Assembly (NCBI GenBank): GCA_964609915.1
Contig: CAZSTN010000001.1
Span: forward strand, 1-42,080
Direction of reading: 5' to 3'
DNA from: an uncultured Candidatus Saccharibacteria bacterium
GTDB lineage: Bacteria; Patescibacteriota; Saccharimonadia; Saccharimonadales; Saccharimonadaceae
Length of the DNA: 42,080 nucleotides
Part shown: positions 9,901 through 17,864 of the stretch, in pieces
How the letters are laid out: every line of letters starts with the position of its first letter
Numbering within the stretch: the first letter of the stretch is position 1
Translations under genes and position numbers: made by a program
Notes under the pieces: model-generated
What the model was told of the DNA's origin: nothing
Databases searched by the model: none
What the model saw: the letters and a program-made list of their open reading frames with translations, nothing else

Positions 9901-10645
9901 CTGTGCCGACACAAAGCAATATTTCATGAGCATCTTGGTCGTCACGCTTCAAATAGTGGCCGTCACAAGAAACTATAACTGGAATATCCAACTCTTTGGA
10001 CAACTTCTCTAAGTAGTTATTTATCTTCGTCTGAACGTCCCATCTAGAAGGTGCGTCTGGATGGCCATGGTCCTGAAGCTCCAAATAATATCTGTCACCA
10101 AAAATAGACCTATACCACGAGGCGACCCGTTTAGCTTCTTCGTAATTGTCAACTCGAAGGCTCTCACTAAGCTCACTCGAAGCACAACCGGACAAAATTA
10201 TTAAACCTTCGTTAAACTCTTCTAGAAGTTCGTGGTCAATGCGGGGTTTGTAATACATCCCTTCAAGGTTAGCCTTGGAGCTTATTTGCATCAGGTTATG
10301 ATAACCCACATTATTCATCGCCAAGACAGTCAAGTGAAAACGTCCTTTGTCTTTTTGAGGGTCACGGTCGAAACGAGACCGAGAGGCAACGTAAGCCTCC
10401 ATGCCTAGGATTGGCTTAACTCCAGCACCTTTTGCGGCTTTGTAAAACTCAATAATCCCAGACATCGTCCCGTGATCAGTAATTGCCACCGCCTCCATGC
10501 CCAAATCCTTTACGAGGTTAACTAAATTTGGAATTTTAGTTAAACCATCAAGAAGACTATGATGCGTGTGGTTATGCAAATGGACAAACTGAGAAGAGTC
10601 CAGCAAAGAACCCGCACTAGATTTTGATTGCACACTATCCCCCAT
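6929..10645 (-). CDS. dnaE: DNA polymerase III subunit alpha
   Basis: PHP domain FVHLHNHTHHSLLDG and AITDHG; GPGRGSAAGS; RISMPDVDID; KMDFLGL; FNKSH; C-terminal OB fold. Confidence 0.98.
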   Translation of the reverse strand: MGDSVQSKSSAGSLLDSSQFVHLHNHTHHSLLDGLTKIPNLVNLVKDLGMEAVAITDHGTMSGIIEFYKAAKGAGVKPILGMEAYVASRSRFDRDPQKDKGRFHLTVLAMNNVGYHNLMQISSKANLEGMYYKPRIDHELLEEFNEGLIILSGCASSELSESLRVDNYEEAKRVASWYRSIFGDRYYLELQDHGHPDAPSRWDVQTKINNYLEKLSKELDIPVIVSCDGHYLKRDDQDAHEILLCVGTGSFLSDEKRMSLKDFELHVTPPQDIIGRWGKTNPDAVTNTKKIADRCNVELDLGKILIPTFPTPDGYDEKSYLDELVFQGLAWRYGGVGYDESKKLTIEEARSKVSEEVLTRADYELGVVDRMGFSGYFLIVQDFINWGKSRGIIFGPGRGSAAGSIVAYSTRITELDPLQYDLLFERFLNPDRISMPDVDIDIQDTRRDEVIAYCTDKYGVDRVANIVTFGKMAARAAVRDVARVLQVPYSESDRLAKLVPPPIQGRHTPLAKSVVEDADLKNEYQNNPTAKKVFDYAIELEGTIRSHGVHAAGVVIAPDDVVKFTPVEMSQKGVVVTQYPMGPVEDIGLLKMDFLGLSNLTIINNALRIIKKVYGNDINLDKIPLDDAKTYELFQRGDTTGVFQLESAGMKRYLRELSPSVFEDIVAMVALYRPGPMQFIDDFIKRKHGEREITYMHPKMKGALENTYGVLVYQEQVMQISKDLAGFTGGEADTLRKAIGKKMLDVMAKMKERFIEGAIEHSGANRADMEIFWKQLEDFAAYCFNKSHAACYGLIAYWTGYLKAHYPDAFMAALMTSDAGDIDRLAIEISECKHMGITVLAPDVNESYVEFAVVPGENEIRFGMAAVKGVGTAAVEEILRAREDGKFKTVEDFARRVSASKVNKKAWDSLIKTGAFDELADRSDLLFNLETIQAFASKIQKEALSGQTDLFGNLVGEDIQPSVAMATAPVKHTEKERLAWERELLGLYISAHPLDNYDAYFEEQTLSLAEVSSDIDGRVVTVGGIVSTVRTIVTKSGSKMAFVGIEDKYNEAEVIVFPNLYEQIGGKLVQDAILKTTGKVSARDRDGNMTSEPKLIADQLEVIDEKELKDYESNGQKMAKPKKATVNNRKSSFRNKPTSAANKTTASIMVKNIVAKPILESDVKPTTLYLRVKSSDDKKILELAKDICLRNSGMSDVIMVLGEDDNKSAIKLPFKVETSQALMGELVKILGEDSVVVK

Positions 10646-10682
10646 AACTAATAACTAGTATACACTAAATTTCAGAGTGTAG

Positions 10683-10964
10683 CTAAGACCTAGACTGCTC
10701 GACCGTATTGACAATATACTGAATGAAATCGCCGACTCCGCCAGGAATGTCAGTCAGCCAACCAAGTACAACTAAGGCTATGGCGACAATTACAGTACCA
10801 CCGATAACGCTACCTATTCCAAAAAACACTCCCCTAAAGAAATTTACTTTGTAAATCTCTTTTCTAGAAGAGTGAAAGTCGTTAAATAGTTCCCGAAGGA
10901 GGTCTCGCCTAGCGCCAACCTCTTGAGACTCCTTAACCTTCTTAGCGACTTTTTTGACAGCCAT
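10683..10964 (-). CDS. Small membrane protein, DUF5665-like
   Basis: NFFRGVFFGIGSVIGGT followed by a hydrophobic helix; 3 nt from the upstream gene. Confidence 0.65.
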   Translation of the reverse strand: MAVKKVAKKVKESQEVGARRDLLRELFNDFHSSRKEIYKVNFFRGVFFGIGSVIGGTVIVAIALVVLGWLTDIPGGVGDFIQYIVNTVEQSRS

Positions 10965-10967
10965 TAA

Positions 10968-11306
10968 CTACTTCTTGGAATTTTTAGTTGGTTTTTTACT
11001 AAAACCTTTTTGAGCACCTTCAGCAGCTTGCCCTACTCGGCCTTTAACTTCTTCGGCTTTGTCTAAAACTGATTCAGTGACGTCTTTTGCTTTCTTCTGT
11101 ACCTGTTCAGCTTTTTTTACTACTTCTTTTTTAGCTTTTTCAACTTCCTTAGATGTATTGTCGGCAGCTTTTGTAGCCACCTCCTTTAAGTCTTTTCTCG
11201 TTTCTCGCCCAGCTTTCGGTGCAGTCAAAATACCTGCCACGAAACCAGCCGCAGCACCAGAAATGGTACCGATAATAGCGCCTATTGCAACTTTACCTTT
11301 TGACAT
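10968..11306 (-). CDS. YtxH-domain protein
   Basis: Gly-rich hydrophobic N-terminus, GILTAPKAGRETRKDL signature, Lys/Ala/Glu-rich helical tail. Confidence 0.85.
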   Translation of the reverse strand: MSKGKVAIGAIIGTISGAAAGFVAGILTAPKAGRETRKDLKEVATKAADNTSKEVEKAKKEVVKKAEQVQKKAKDVTESVLDKAEEVKGRVGQAAEGAQKGFSKKPTKNSKK

Positions 11307-11308
11307 AA

Positions 11309-11563
11309 TTATTTCCTCCCCTTATTAGTATATTTTTTCACTAACCTGTTTATAAACTCAGCCGCAAATACCGGCGAAACTAACTTGCTAAAACCCTTAG
11401 CCGCTGACCCTATGCTATCAACCGTATCTTCTGCGGATTTGACTATACGACGGATCTCAACAGTTAATTTAATTAAATAAATTCCCAGAATAATAGACAC
11501 CATCAAAAACAAAGTAAGGACTGATGATACTATTATTACCAAGATTTCTGCAGCTTCACTCAT
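11309..11563 (-). CDS. Small membrane protein (YtxG/DUF948-like architecture)
   Basis: One long TM helix followed by an amphipathic helix; AAGGA SD upstream; lies directly upstream of the YtxH gene. Confidence 0.6.
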   Translation of the reverse strand: MSEAAEILVIIVSSVLTLFLMVSIILGIYLIKLTVEIRRIVKSAEDTVDSIGSAAKGFSKLVSPVFAAEFINRLVKKYTNKGRK

Positions 11564-11624
11564 ATTTTATTCCTTTTTTATGTTCTAACTATAGAATACC
11601 ACTATTTGCACGTCTCTTCAAATT

Positions 11625-13088
11625 TTATAGGTCAAGCTCTTTGCGTATAATACTCTGAACGAGCGGAGGATTAGCCTTACCTTGAGATTTCTTCATCACC
11701 TGACCAACCAAGAAACCAATTGCCTTTTCTTGTCCGGCTTTTATGTCCTCAATTGACTTAGCACTATCTGGGCTAGCAAGAACTTCGCGAACTATCTTGA
11801 CAATAGCACCCTCGTCGCTAACCTGAAGGAGGTTCATGCTTTTTGCCATATCTTCAGCGCTTTTTCCTTTGTTAGATTCTTCGAAAAATGCTACAAATAC
11901 TTCTCGAGCGCCAGTCGAGCTAAGTTTATTCTCAGCGACCATCTTAGACAAATCCGATAATCTTTCGGAACTAACAAGACCGCTAGCTACGGCTTCTATT
12001 TGGGCGTCGTCAAGAGGCAGTGAGGCTAACCAGTTAAATGGTCTGCGAGCTAACTCTGGGCCATGCTGGGCAAGCACTTCGTCTAGCGTATTTGCGACAG
12101 AGTAACTACACATTAAGTGATTCATGACCGAAATATCTAACCCAAGAACGCTCCAGCTTTCACGAAATTCGCTTGGCGTTTTAGGGAAGCTACTTTGTAC
12201 TTCTGCAACGTATTCCCTGCTCAAAACAACTGGTGGGATATCTGGGTCGGGCATATAACGATAGTCTTGGGCATCTTCTTTGCTCCTTTGAGAGTTCGTA
12301 ACACCTTTTGCATCATCCCAACCACGAGTCTCTTGAACTACTTTTTCGCCACGTTCTAAAATTTCAATTTGACGAAGAAATTCATACTCAGAAGCTCGTT
12401 CAACACTTCGAAACGAGTTAAGATTCTTGACTTCTGCTCGTGTGCCAAGTTCCGAGGAGCCTTTTTTGGCAGTCGAAATATTAACATCAAAACGCATATT
12501 GCCGTGATACAGGTCGCCGTTAGTTACGCCAGCAAACGTCATCAACCTGTGAAGTTCGGTTGCATAGGCTTTAGCCTCTTGAGCCGAGTGAATGTCGGGT
12601 TCAGAAACTATTTCTATCAATGGTGTGCCTGCCCTGTTTAGGTCGACTAAGCTATAGCCACTGTGATGAGTTAGCTTCCCAGCATCTTCTTCAAGATGAG
12701 CATGATGTACTCGCACCGACACAATCGAACCATCTTCAAGCGGAGCGTCAACTCGACCAGATAAAATGGTCGGTTCATACATCTGGCTAATCTGATAGCC
12801 TTTAGGAAGATCGGGATAGAAATAGTGCTTCCTGTCAAAACGACTGACTTCAGCGACATCTGCATTAAGTGCCTTAGCTGCTATAATTGCTAGATCAACA
12901 GCTTTTTTATTCAAAACCGGGAGCATGCCAGGCAGGCCAAAATCTATTGGGCTAGTCGTCGAATTCGGCTCACGTTCACGAGCGTCATTGTCTGAACCGC
13001 TAAACAACTTTGTCTTGGTAGCTAGCTGAACATGGCACTCTATACCAATTGTCATTTCGTATGTGTCAATTATGTCTTGGGTTACCAT
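11625..13088 (-). CDS. gatB: Asp/Glu-tRNA amidotransferase subunit B
   Basis: IGIECHVQL.TKTKLF, FDRKHYFYPDLPKGYQISQ, HLEEDAGK, NRAGTPLIEIVSEPD, EVKNLNSF, YRYMPDPD. Confidence 0.98.
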   Translation of the reverse strand: MVTQDIIDTYEMTIGIECHVQLATKTKLFSGSDNDAREREPNSTTSPIDFGLPGMLPVLNKKAVDLAIIAAKALNADVAEVSRFDRKHYFYPDLPKGYQISQMYEPTILSGRVDAPLEDGSIVSVRVHHAHLEEDAGKLTHHSGYSLVDLNRAGTPLIEIVSEPDIHSAQEAKAYATELHRLMTFAGVTNGDLYHGNMRFDVNISTAKKGSSELGTRAEVKNLNSFRSVERASEYEFLRQIEILERGEKVVQETRGWDDAKGVTNSQRSKEDAQDYRYMPDPDIPPVVLSREYVAEVQSSFPKTPSEFRESWSVLGLDISVMNHLMCSYSVANTLDEVLAQHGPELARRPFNWLASLPLDDAQIEAVASGLVSSERLSDLSKMVAENKLSSTGAREVFVAFFEESNKGKSAEDMAKSMNLLQVSDEGAIVKIVREVLASPDSAKSIEDIKAGQEKAIGFLVGQVMKKSQGKANPPLVQSIIRKELDL

Positions 13089-13507
13089 TATATTGCTCCT
13101 ATGTCTTTCAAGCCCTGTTTAAACTGAGCTAGCGCTTTTTTGGTCTGAATATAATCTAGCTTTAGGCTGTCGGGTTCGTGAGCAATTTTATTGCGAATTT
13201 TATGAGCGGTCCAAAGGTCGTTTTCTCGTGACCATTTGCTACTCATTTTTTTCATTCTTTCACCCATAGTCTTACCCGAGACGTTCTTGTCTTTTAGAGC
13301 TTTGTCTAGCAAAGAGTCTGCCTGTAAAATACATAAAACAAAAGACTGAGGATTATTCTTATCAAGACGGCCCTCTATGCCCATCCATTTGCAACGGTAT
13401 TTCTCGATATCAAAGTGACTACTTTTTCTGGATATAAAGGCAAAGAGTAGACCACCAAAAATCAAAATCGCCGAAAAGAATAGGATTAAAACAACACCAG
13501 TATCCAC
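13088..13507 (-). CDS. Membrane-anchored protein with HEPN/DUF4145-like helical domain
   Basis: N-terminal TM helix; ADSLLD.AL, GKTMGERMK and W.AHKIRNKIAHE (RxxxxH); GTG start overlaps the gatA stop and its stop overlaps the gatB ATG. Confidence 0.7.
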   Translation of the reverse strand: MDTGVVLILFFSAILIFGGLLFAFISRKSSHFDIEKYRCKWMGIEGRLDKNNPQSFVLCILQADSLLDKALKDKNVSGKTMGERMKKMSSKWSRENDLWTAHKIRNKIAHEPDSLKLDYIQTKKALAQFKQGLKDIGAI

Positions 13508-14847
13508 TATTTGACCTCCTTAGCCAAAGCCAACAAAAGAGCGTCCGACTTTTTGGACCCAATGAGCTGAACGCCGATCGGGAGGCCCTCTTTATTATTG
13601 CCGGCAGGTACGCTAATGGCTGGCAAACCAGCAAGGCTAGCTGGAACAGTCATAACATCTGCTAGGTAGGTCTTCATAACGTCGTTGACGTTCTCGCCTA
13701 TTTTAGGTGCTACAACGGGCGAAACTGGTCCAACCAAGACGTCATAGTCTTGGAATAAATTATCAAAATCTTGTATCAATAAAGTGCGGGCTTTTTGAGC
13801 TTTAAGGTAATAAGCGTCAAAAAAACCGCTAGAGAGAACGTAGCTACCTATCATTATTCGGCGCTTGTTCTCCGCTACGAAACCTTCGTCACGTGACATT
13901 CCGTAGACATCGTCAAGATCCTTAGCCTGTTCAGAGCGATGGCCGTAGCGTATGCCGTCGTATCGTCCCAGGTTACTGCTGACTTCGGCTGGTACGACTA
14001 TATAGTAAATAGCCAGTGCGTACTTCGAATGAGGTAGGCTAACTTCGCTCACTTCGTGACCGAGAGATCGCACTTTTTCTATATAAGATCTAGTAGCGGA
14101 GAGGACTTCTTTATCGACTCCATCGGACATAAATTCTTTGATAACACCTATTTTCAGTTTCCTACTTAAACTCTCTTCGACTTTGAAAAAGTCAGGCAAA
14201 GTTGTCATGTCTTTTCGGTCACGTCCAGAAATAACATCCAAAACAAGTTCGGCCATCTCGACAGAGTCAGAAAGTACACCAACCGTGTCGGTACTGCTTG
14301 CCATAGCTACTACTCCGTAGCGACTGACCATACCATAAGTAGACTTAACGCCAACTACTCCGTTAAAGCTAGCTGGCTGGCGAATAGAGCCACCAGTATC
14401 AGTACCAAGAGCGAAAGGCACAATATCAAGCGCCACGGCAACCGCCGAGCCACCGCTACTTCCACCGGCAACTCGAGTTTTATCATGGGCGTTTTTAGTA
14501 ACCCCAAAAGCTGAGTTTTCGGTACTGGAGCCGTGAGCAAAAGCGTCTAGGTTAACTCGACCTATAAAGATTGCTCCCTCCGACTCTAGTTTTTCTAAGG
14601 CAGTAGCACTAATAGGTGGTTCAAAATTTTCTAACATTTTGCTAGCAGCTGTGGTTTTGCCACCAGTTGCCAAGAAGTTATCTTTTATAACAAACGGAAC
14701 ACCAGCTAAACGGCCCTTGGTCGAAGATGAGTCTATTTCATCGGCTCGTGCCAAGGCAGCTTCTTCATCTAGGGAGATGAATATATTATAGTCAGCATGC
14801 TCTTTGGCTTTTGCTATCGCTTTTTCAACATTTTCTCTAGCAGTCAT
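13507..14847 (-). CDS. gatA: Asp/Glu-tRNA amidotransferase subunit A
   Basis: Amidase signature IKDN, GGSSGGSA, GTDTGGSIRQPA; SNLGRYDGIRYG; RRIMIGSYVLSSG. Confidence 0.98.
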   Translation of the reverse strand: MTARENVEKAIAKAKEHADYNIFISLDEEAALARADEIDSSSTKGRLAGVPFVIKDNFLATGGKTTAASKMLENFEPPISATALEKLESEGAIFIGRVNLDAFAHGSSTENSAFGVTKNAHDKTRVAGGSSGGSAVAVALDIVPFALGTDTGGSIRQPASFNGVVGVKSTYGMVSRYGVVAMASSTDTVGVLSDSVEMAELVLDVISGRDRKDMTTLPDFFKVEESLSRKLKIGVIKEFMSDGVDKEVLSATRSYIEKVRSLGHEVSEVSLPHSKYALAIYYIVVPAEVSSNLGRYDGIRYGHRSEQAKDLDDVYGMSRDEGFVAENKRRIMIGSYVLSSGFFDAYYLKAQKARTLLIQDFDNLFQDYDVLVGPVSPVVAPKIGENVNDVMKTYLADVMTVPASLAGLPAISVPAGNNKEGLPIGVQLIGSKKSDALLLALAKEVK

Positions 14848-14849
14848 AA

Positions 14850-15140
14850 TTATAATACCTTCGGAACTTTAATCTGGTTACTCTCTGACTCTGAAGTAAG
14901 AGAAAGCAATTGGTCTCGCCCAACGCCATAATCATCGATCTCATCTTCTCGCCAGACGTTTTCTAGTCCCGTCACTTGATATGTCGGCTCGACACCCGAA
15001 GTGTCTAACTCGCCAAGAAGTGTAATATAATCGATAATATCTTCTAAATCAGAGCGCAAAGCCTCTGCCTCTTCATTTCCAAGTCGCAAACTACTTAGTT
15101 GTGCAAGATACTGCACATCTTTTAATAAGATTTGAGCCAT
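14850..15140 (-). CDS. gatC: Asp/Glu-tRNA amidotransferase subunit C
   Basis: VQYLAQLSSL, LDTSGVEPT, NVWRED, IKVPKVL; directly upstream of gatA. Confidence 0.93.
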   Translation of the reverse strand: MAQILLKDVQYLAQLSSLRLGNEEAEALRSDLEDIIDYITLLGELDTSGVEPTYQVTGLENVWREDEIDDYGVGRDQLLSLTSESESNQIKVPKVL

Positions 15141-15183
15141 AACAATGTTTATTATATATCAGATTAAAGACGGTAGCAATGAG

Positions 15184-17154
15184 CTAGGTCCTCGACTTTA
15201 TTTCCGCTATCAGGTCTCTAAGCTCAGCGGCTTTTTCAAACTCTAGGTTGGCACTAGCAAATTCCATTTGGACGGTCAGGTCTTTTATGAGTCCAGGGTA
15301 CTCATGAACCGGTATCTTCTTAAGGTCAACTTTAGGTTTGTTGTCTTCTTTCTTAGGAATTATTGCCCTGAGGCCTTCGTCAATGGCTTTAGCTATACTA
15401 ACAGGCGTGATCCCATGATCTTTGTTGTATTTCTCTTGTATGGTTCGTCGCCTGTCGGTCTCATCAATGGCTCGTTTCATTGAGTCGGTTATTCTGTCAG
15501 CATACATTAAGACCGAACCATTTAAGTGACGGGCCGCTCGGCCAATAGTCTGTATCAGGGCGCTGGTTGAACGCAAGAAACCTTCTTTGTCGGCGTCCAT
15601 TATTGCCACCAAGCTAACTTCTGGAAGGTCCAGACCTTCTCTTAGCAGGTTAATACCCACCAAAACATCGTACACACCAGCCCTCAGGTCTTTTAAGATA
15701 TCGCTTCGGTCTAAAGTGTCCACTTCGCTATGTATATAAGCCGTCTTGATGTCGGCATCTATTAAGTACTGCGACAGGTCTTCAGCCATTCGTTTGGTTA
15801 AAGTTGTCACCAGGACACGTTCGCCTTTAGATGTTCTTGTGCGGATTTCACTCACGAGGTCGTCGATTTGATATTCGGTAGGTCGAACTTCAATCTTCGG
15901 ATCAATCAAACCGGTTGGACGAATCACCTGCTCGGCCGGCTTAGGACTTCGAGATAACTCATAGTCAGACGGCGTCGCCGAAACATATACGACTTGGTTA
16001 ATATGCTTATTAAATTCATCAAAAGTCAAAGGGCGATTGTCTAAAGCGCTTGGAAGTCGAAAACCATGCTCAACTAGCACCTCTTTACGGGCACGATCAC
16101 CATTATACATACCCCTGACTTGTGGTAACGTCATGTGGCTTTCATCAACCATAAGCAAGAAATCGTCTGAAAAATAGTCTAGTAACGTAGCTGGTTGCTC
16201 GCCAGGCTCACGATTAGTCAAATACCGGCTATAGTTTTCGATACCTTTCACAAAACCAGTTTCCTCAAGCATCTCTATGTCGTATTTTGTTCGCTGAGAA
16301 ATGCGCTGAGCCTCTAGGTACTTGTCATGTTTTTCAAAAAAAGCTAAACGCTCTTCAAACTCTTTTTTGATACCTTCAACAGCCCGCAAAACCTTCTCTT
16401 TCGGCGTAACATAGTGACTACTAGGAAATATATTAACTTCACCTGGCTCGTCTAGAATCTCGCCAGTCAGTGGGTCAATTTGAGTTATTCGCTCTACTTC
16501 ATCACCAAAAAATTCAATTCGATAAGCGAGATCACTACCAGACGGAAAAACGTCAACAACATCACCACGGACCCTAAAAGTACTACGATGAAAATCGATA
16601 TCATTTCGCTGATACTGAATGTCCGTCAGTAACCGAACAAACCTGTCCTGTTGACGACGTTCACCCTTTTTGACGTTTATGGACATTTCGGCATAATCAC
16701 TTGGTGAACCTATACCATAGATACAGCTGACGCTGGCAACGATAATGGTGTCACGCCTAGTTAAAAGCGCCGTCGTAGCGGCATGACGAAGGCGATCAAT
16801 CTCTTCGTTGATTTTAGAATCCTTTTCGATGTAAGTATCACTACTAGCAATATATGCTTCAGGTTGATAATAATCGAAATAACTGACAAAATAATGCACT
16901 TCGTTGTCAGGAAAAAACATTTTAAATTCACTATAAAGCTGGGCGGCTAGAGTTTTGTTATGAGCTAGGACTAGAGTCGGGACTTGTCTGTTGGCAATTA
17001 TATTAGCCATCGTAAAAGTCTTGCCCGAACCAGTAACGCCTAAGAGCGTCTGCTCTTTCTCACCCTTCTCCAAACCTTGGATAAGCGTAGAAATAGCCGT
17101 TGGCTGGTCGCCAGTTGGACTGTATTCTGAATTTAAGTTAAAAGTTTGGCTCAC
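15184..17154 (-). CDS. uvrB: Excinuclease ABC subunit B
   Basis: [54 protein letters not shown]-terminal UVR motif. Confidence 0.99.
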   Translation of the reverse strand: MSQTFNLNSEYSPTGDQPTAISTLIQGLEKGEKEQTLLGVTGSGKTFTMANIIANRQVPTLVLAHNKTLAAQLYSEFKMFFPDNEVHYFVSYFDYYQPEAYIASSDTYIEKDSKINEEIDRLRHAATTALLTRRDTIIVASVSCIYGIGSPSDYAEMSINVKKGERRQQDRFVRLLTDIQYQRNDIDFHRSTFRVRGDVVDVFPSGSDLAYRIEFFGDEVERITQIDPLTGEILDEPGEVNIFPSSHYVTPKEKVLRAVEGIKKEFEERLAFFEKHDKYLEAQRISQRTKYDIEMLEETGFVKGIENYSRYLTNREPGEQPATLLDYFSDDFLLMVDESHMTLPQVRGMYNGDRARKEVLVEHGFRLPSALDNRPLTFDEFNKHINQVVYVSATPSDYELSRSPKPAEQVIRPTGLIDPKIEVRPTEYQIDDLVSEIRTRTSKGERVLVTTLTKRMAEDLSQYLIDADIKTAYIHSEVDTLDRSDILKDLRAGVYDVLVGINLLREGLDLPEVSLVAIMDADKEGFLRSTSALIQTIGRAARHLNGSVLMYADRITDSMKRAIDETDRRRTIQEKYNKDHGITPVSIAKAIDEGLRAIIPKKEDNKPKVDLKKIPVHEYPGLIKDLTVQMEFASANLEFEKAAELRDLIAEIKSRT

Positions 17155-17179
17155 CTATTTATTATAACATATTTAGCCA

Positions 17180-17806
17180 TTATTGTTCGTCTTTGGCAAC
17201 CCGAAGACTACTAAATCCGCTCTTGAAAGCCGCTTGATACTGAGCTAGTAGCTCAGCCTCGGATGTACAGGTCGCAGCTGGCAATGACAATCCGTAAGAA
17301 TCTGACTCAACCTTGGTGCTGGCAGATATAGTAGCTTCTTCGGCCGCAGACGGATTCTTCAGTATAGAAGCAAACACGCCCTTGTCGTCAGTACATTTCG
17401 TGCCAATTAAATCTTCGGAGCTGAAGTCGATATACTGAGTTCCGCCAGGCGTTCTTAGTATCTGATAGCTGAAACCACCAATACCTTTTGCGTAGAAGAC
17501 TTCAATTTTAAGTTGAGTAATGACTAAAGAAGAAAAACTAGATAGGTCAACCTCAGGCTCTTTGTCGTCGCCTTCGTTTTTAGTACCGTCTGGATCGTCT
17601 TCTTTGCTGTTGTCGTCGCTAGGTACTTCTAGCTTGTCGTCGTTATTATTGTCGCTAGATTGCGAACTGTCCTGACTAGCAGGCTTATTGGTGTCATCAC
17701 TGGATGGTTTTAGCGCCAACCACCAAACAAAGACAACTGCAATAACCAAAACGGCAATTGCAATAATAGTCACGGTCTTGCGGTCAAATTTTATCGGTAA
17801 CTTCAT
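17180..17806 (-). CDS. Membrane-anchored hypothetical surface protein
   Basis: N-terminal TM helix, Asp/Ser/Asn-rich linker, C-terminal domain with two Cys; GAAGGAG SD upstream. Confidence 0.75.
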   Translation of the reverse strand: MKLPIKFDRKTVTIIAIAVLVIAVVFVWWLALKPSSDDTNKPASQDSSQSSDNNNDDKLEVPSDDNSKEDDPDGTKNEGDDKEPEVDLSSFSSLVITQLKIEVFYAKGIGGFSYQILRTPGGTQYIDFSSEDLIGTKCTDDKGVFASILKNPSAAEEATISASTKVESDSYGLSLPAATCTSEAELLAQYQAAFKSGFSSLRVAKDEQ

Positions 17807-17864
17807 AACGCTCCTTCACCCGTTGCTGTCATAACTAAGTATACTCCACTAGGCTCTTAAATGT

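Noticed and set aside
6929-10645. Possible intein in DnaE (1238 aa)
   Set aside because: No C...HN splice junctions or homing-endonuclease motifs; the extra length comes from short insertions and a Lys-rich linker.
17560-17700. GTCGTC/TTGTCG-rich repeats
   Set aside because: Explained by the Asp/Asn/Ser-rich protein linker; not a CRISPR array or tandem DNA repeat.
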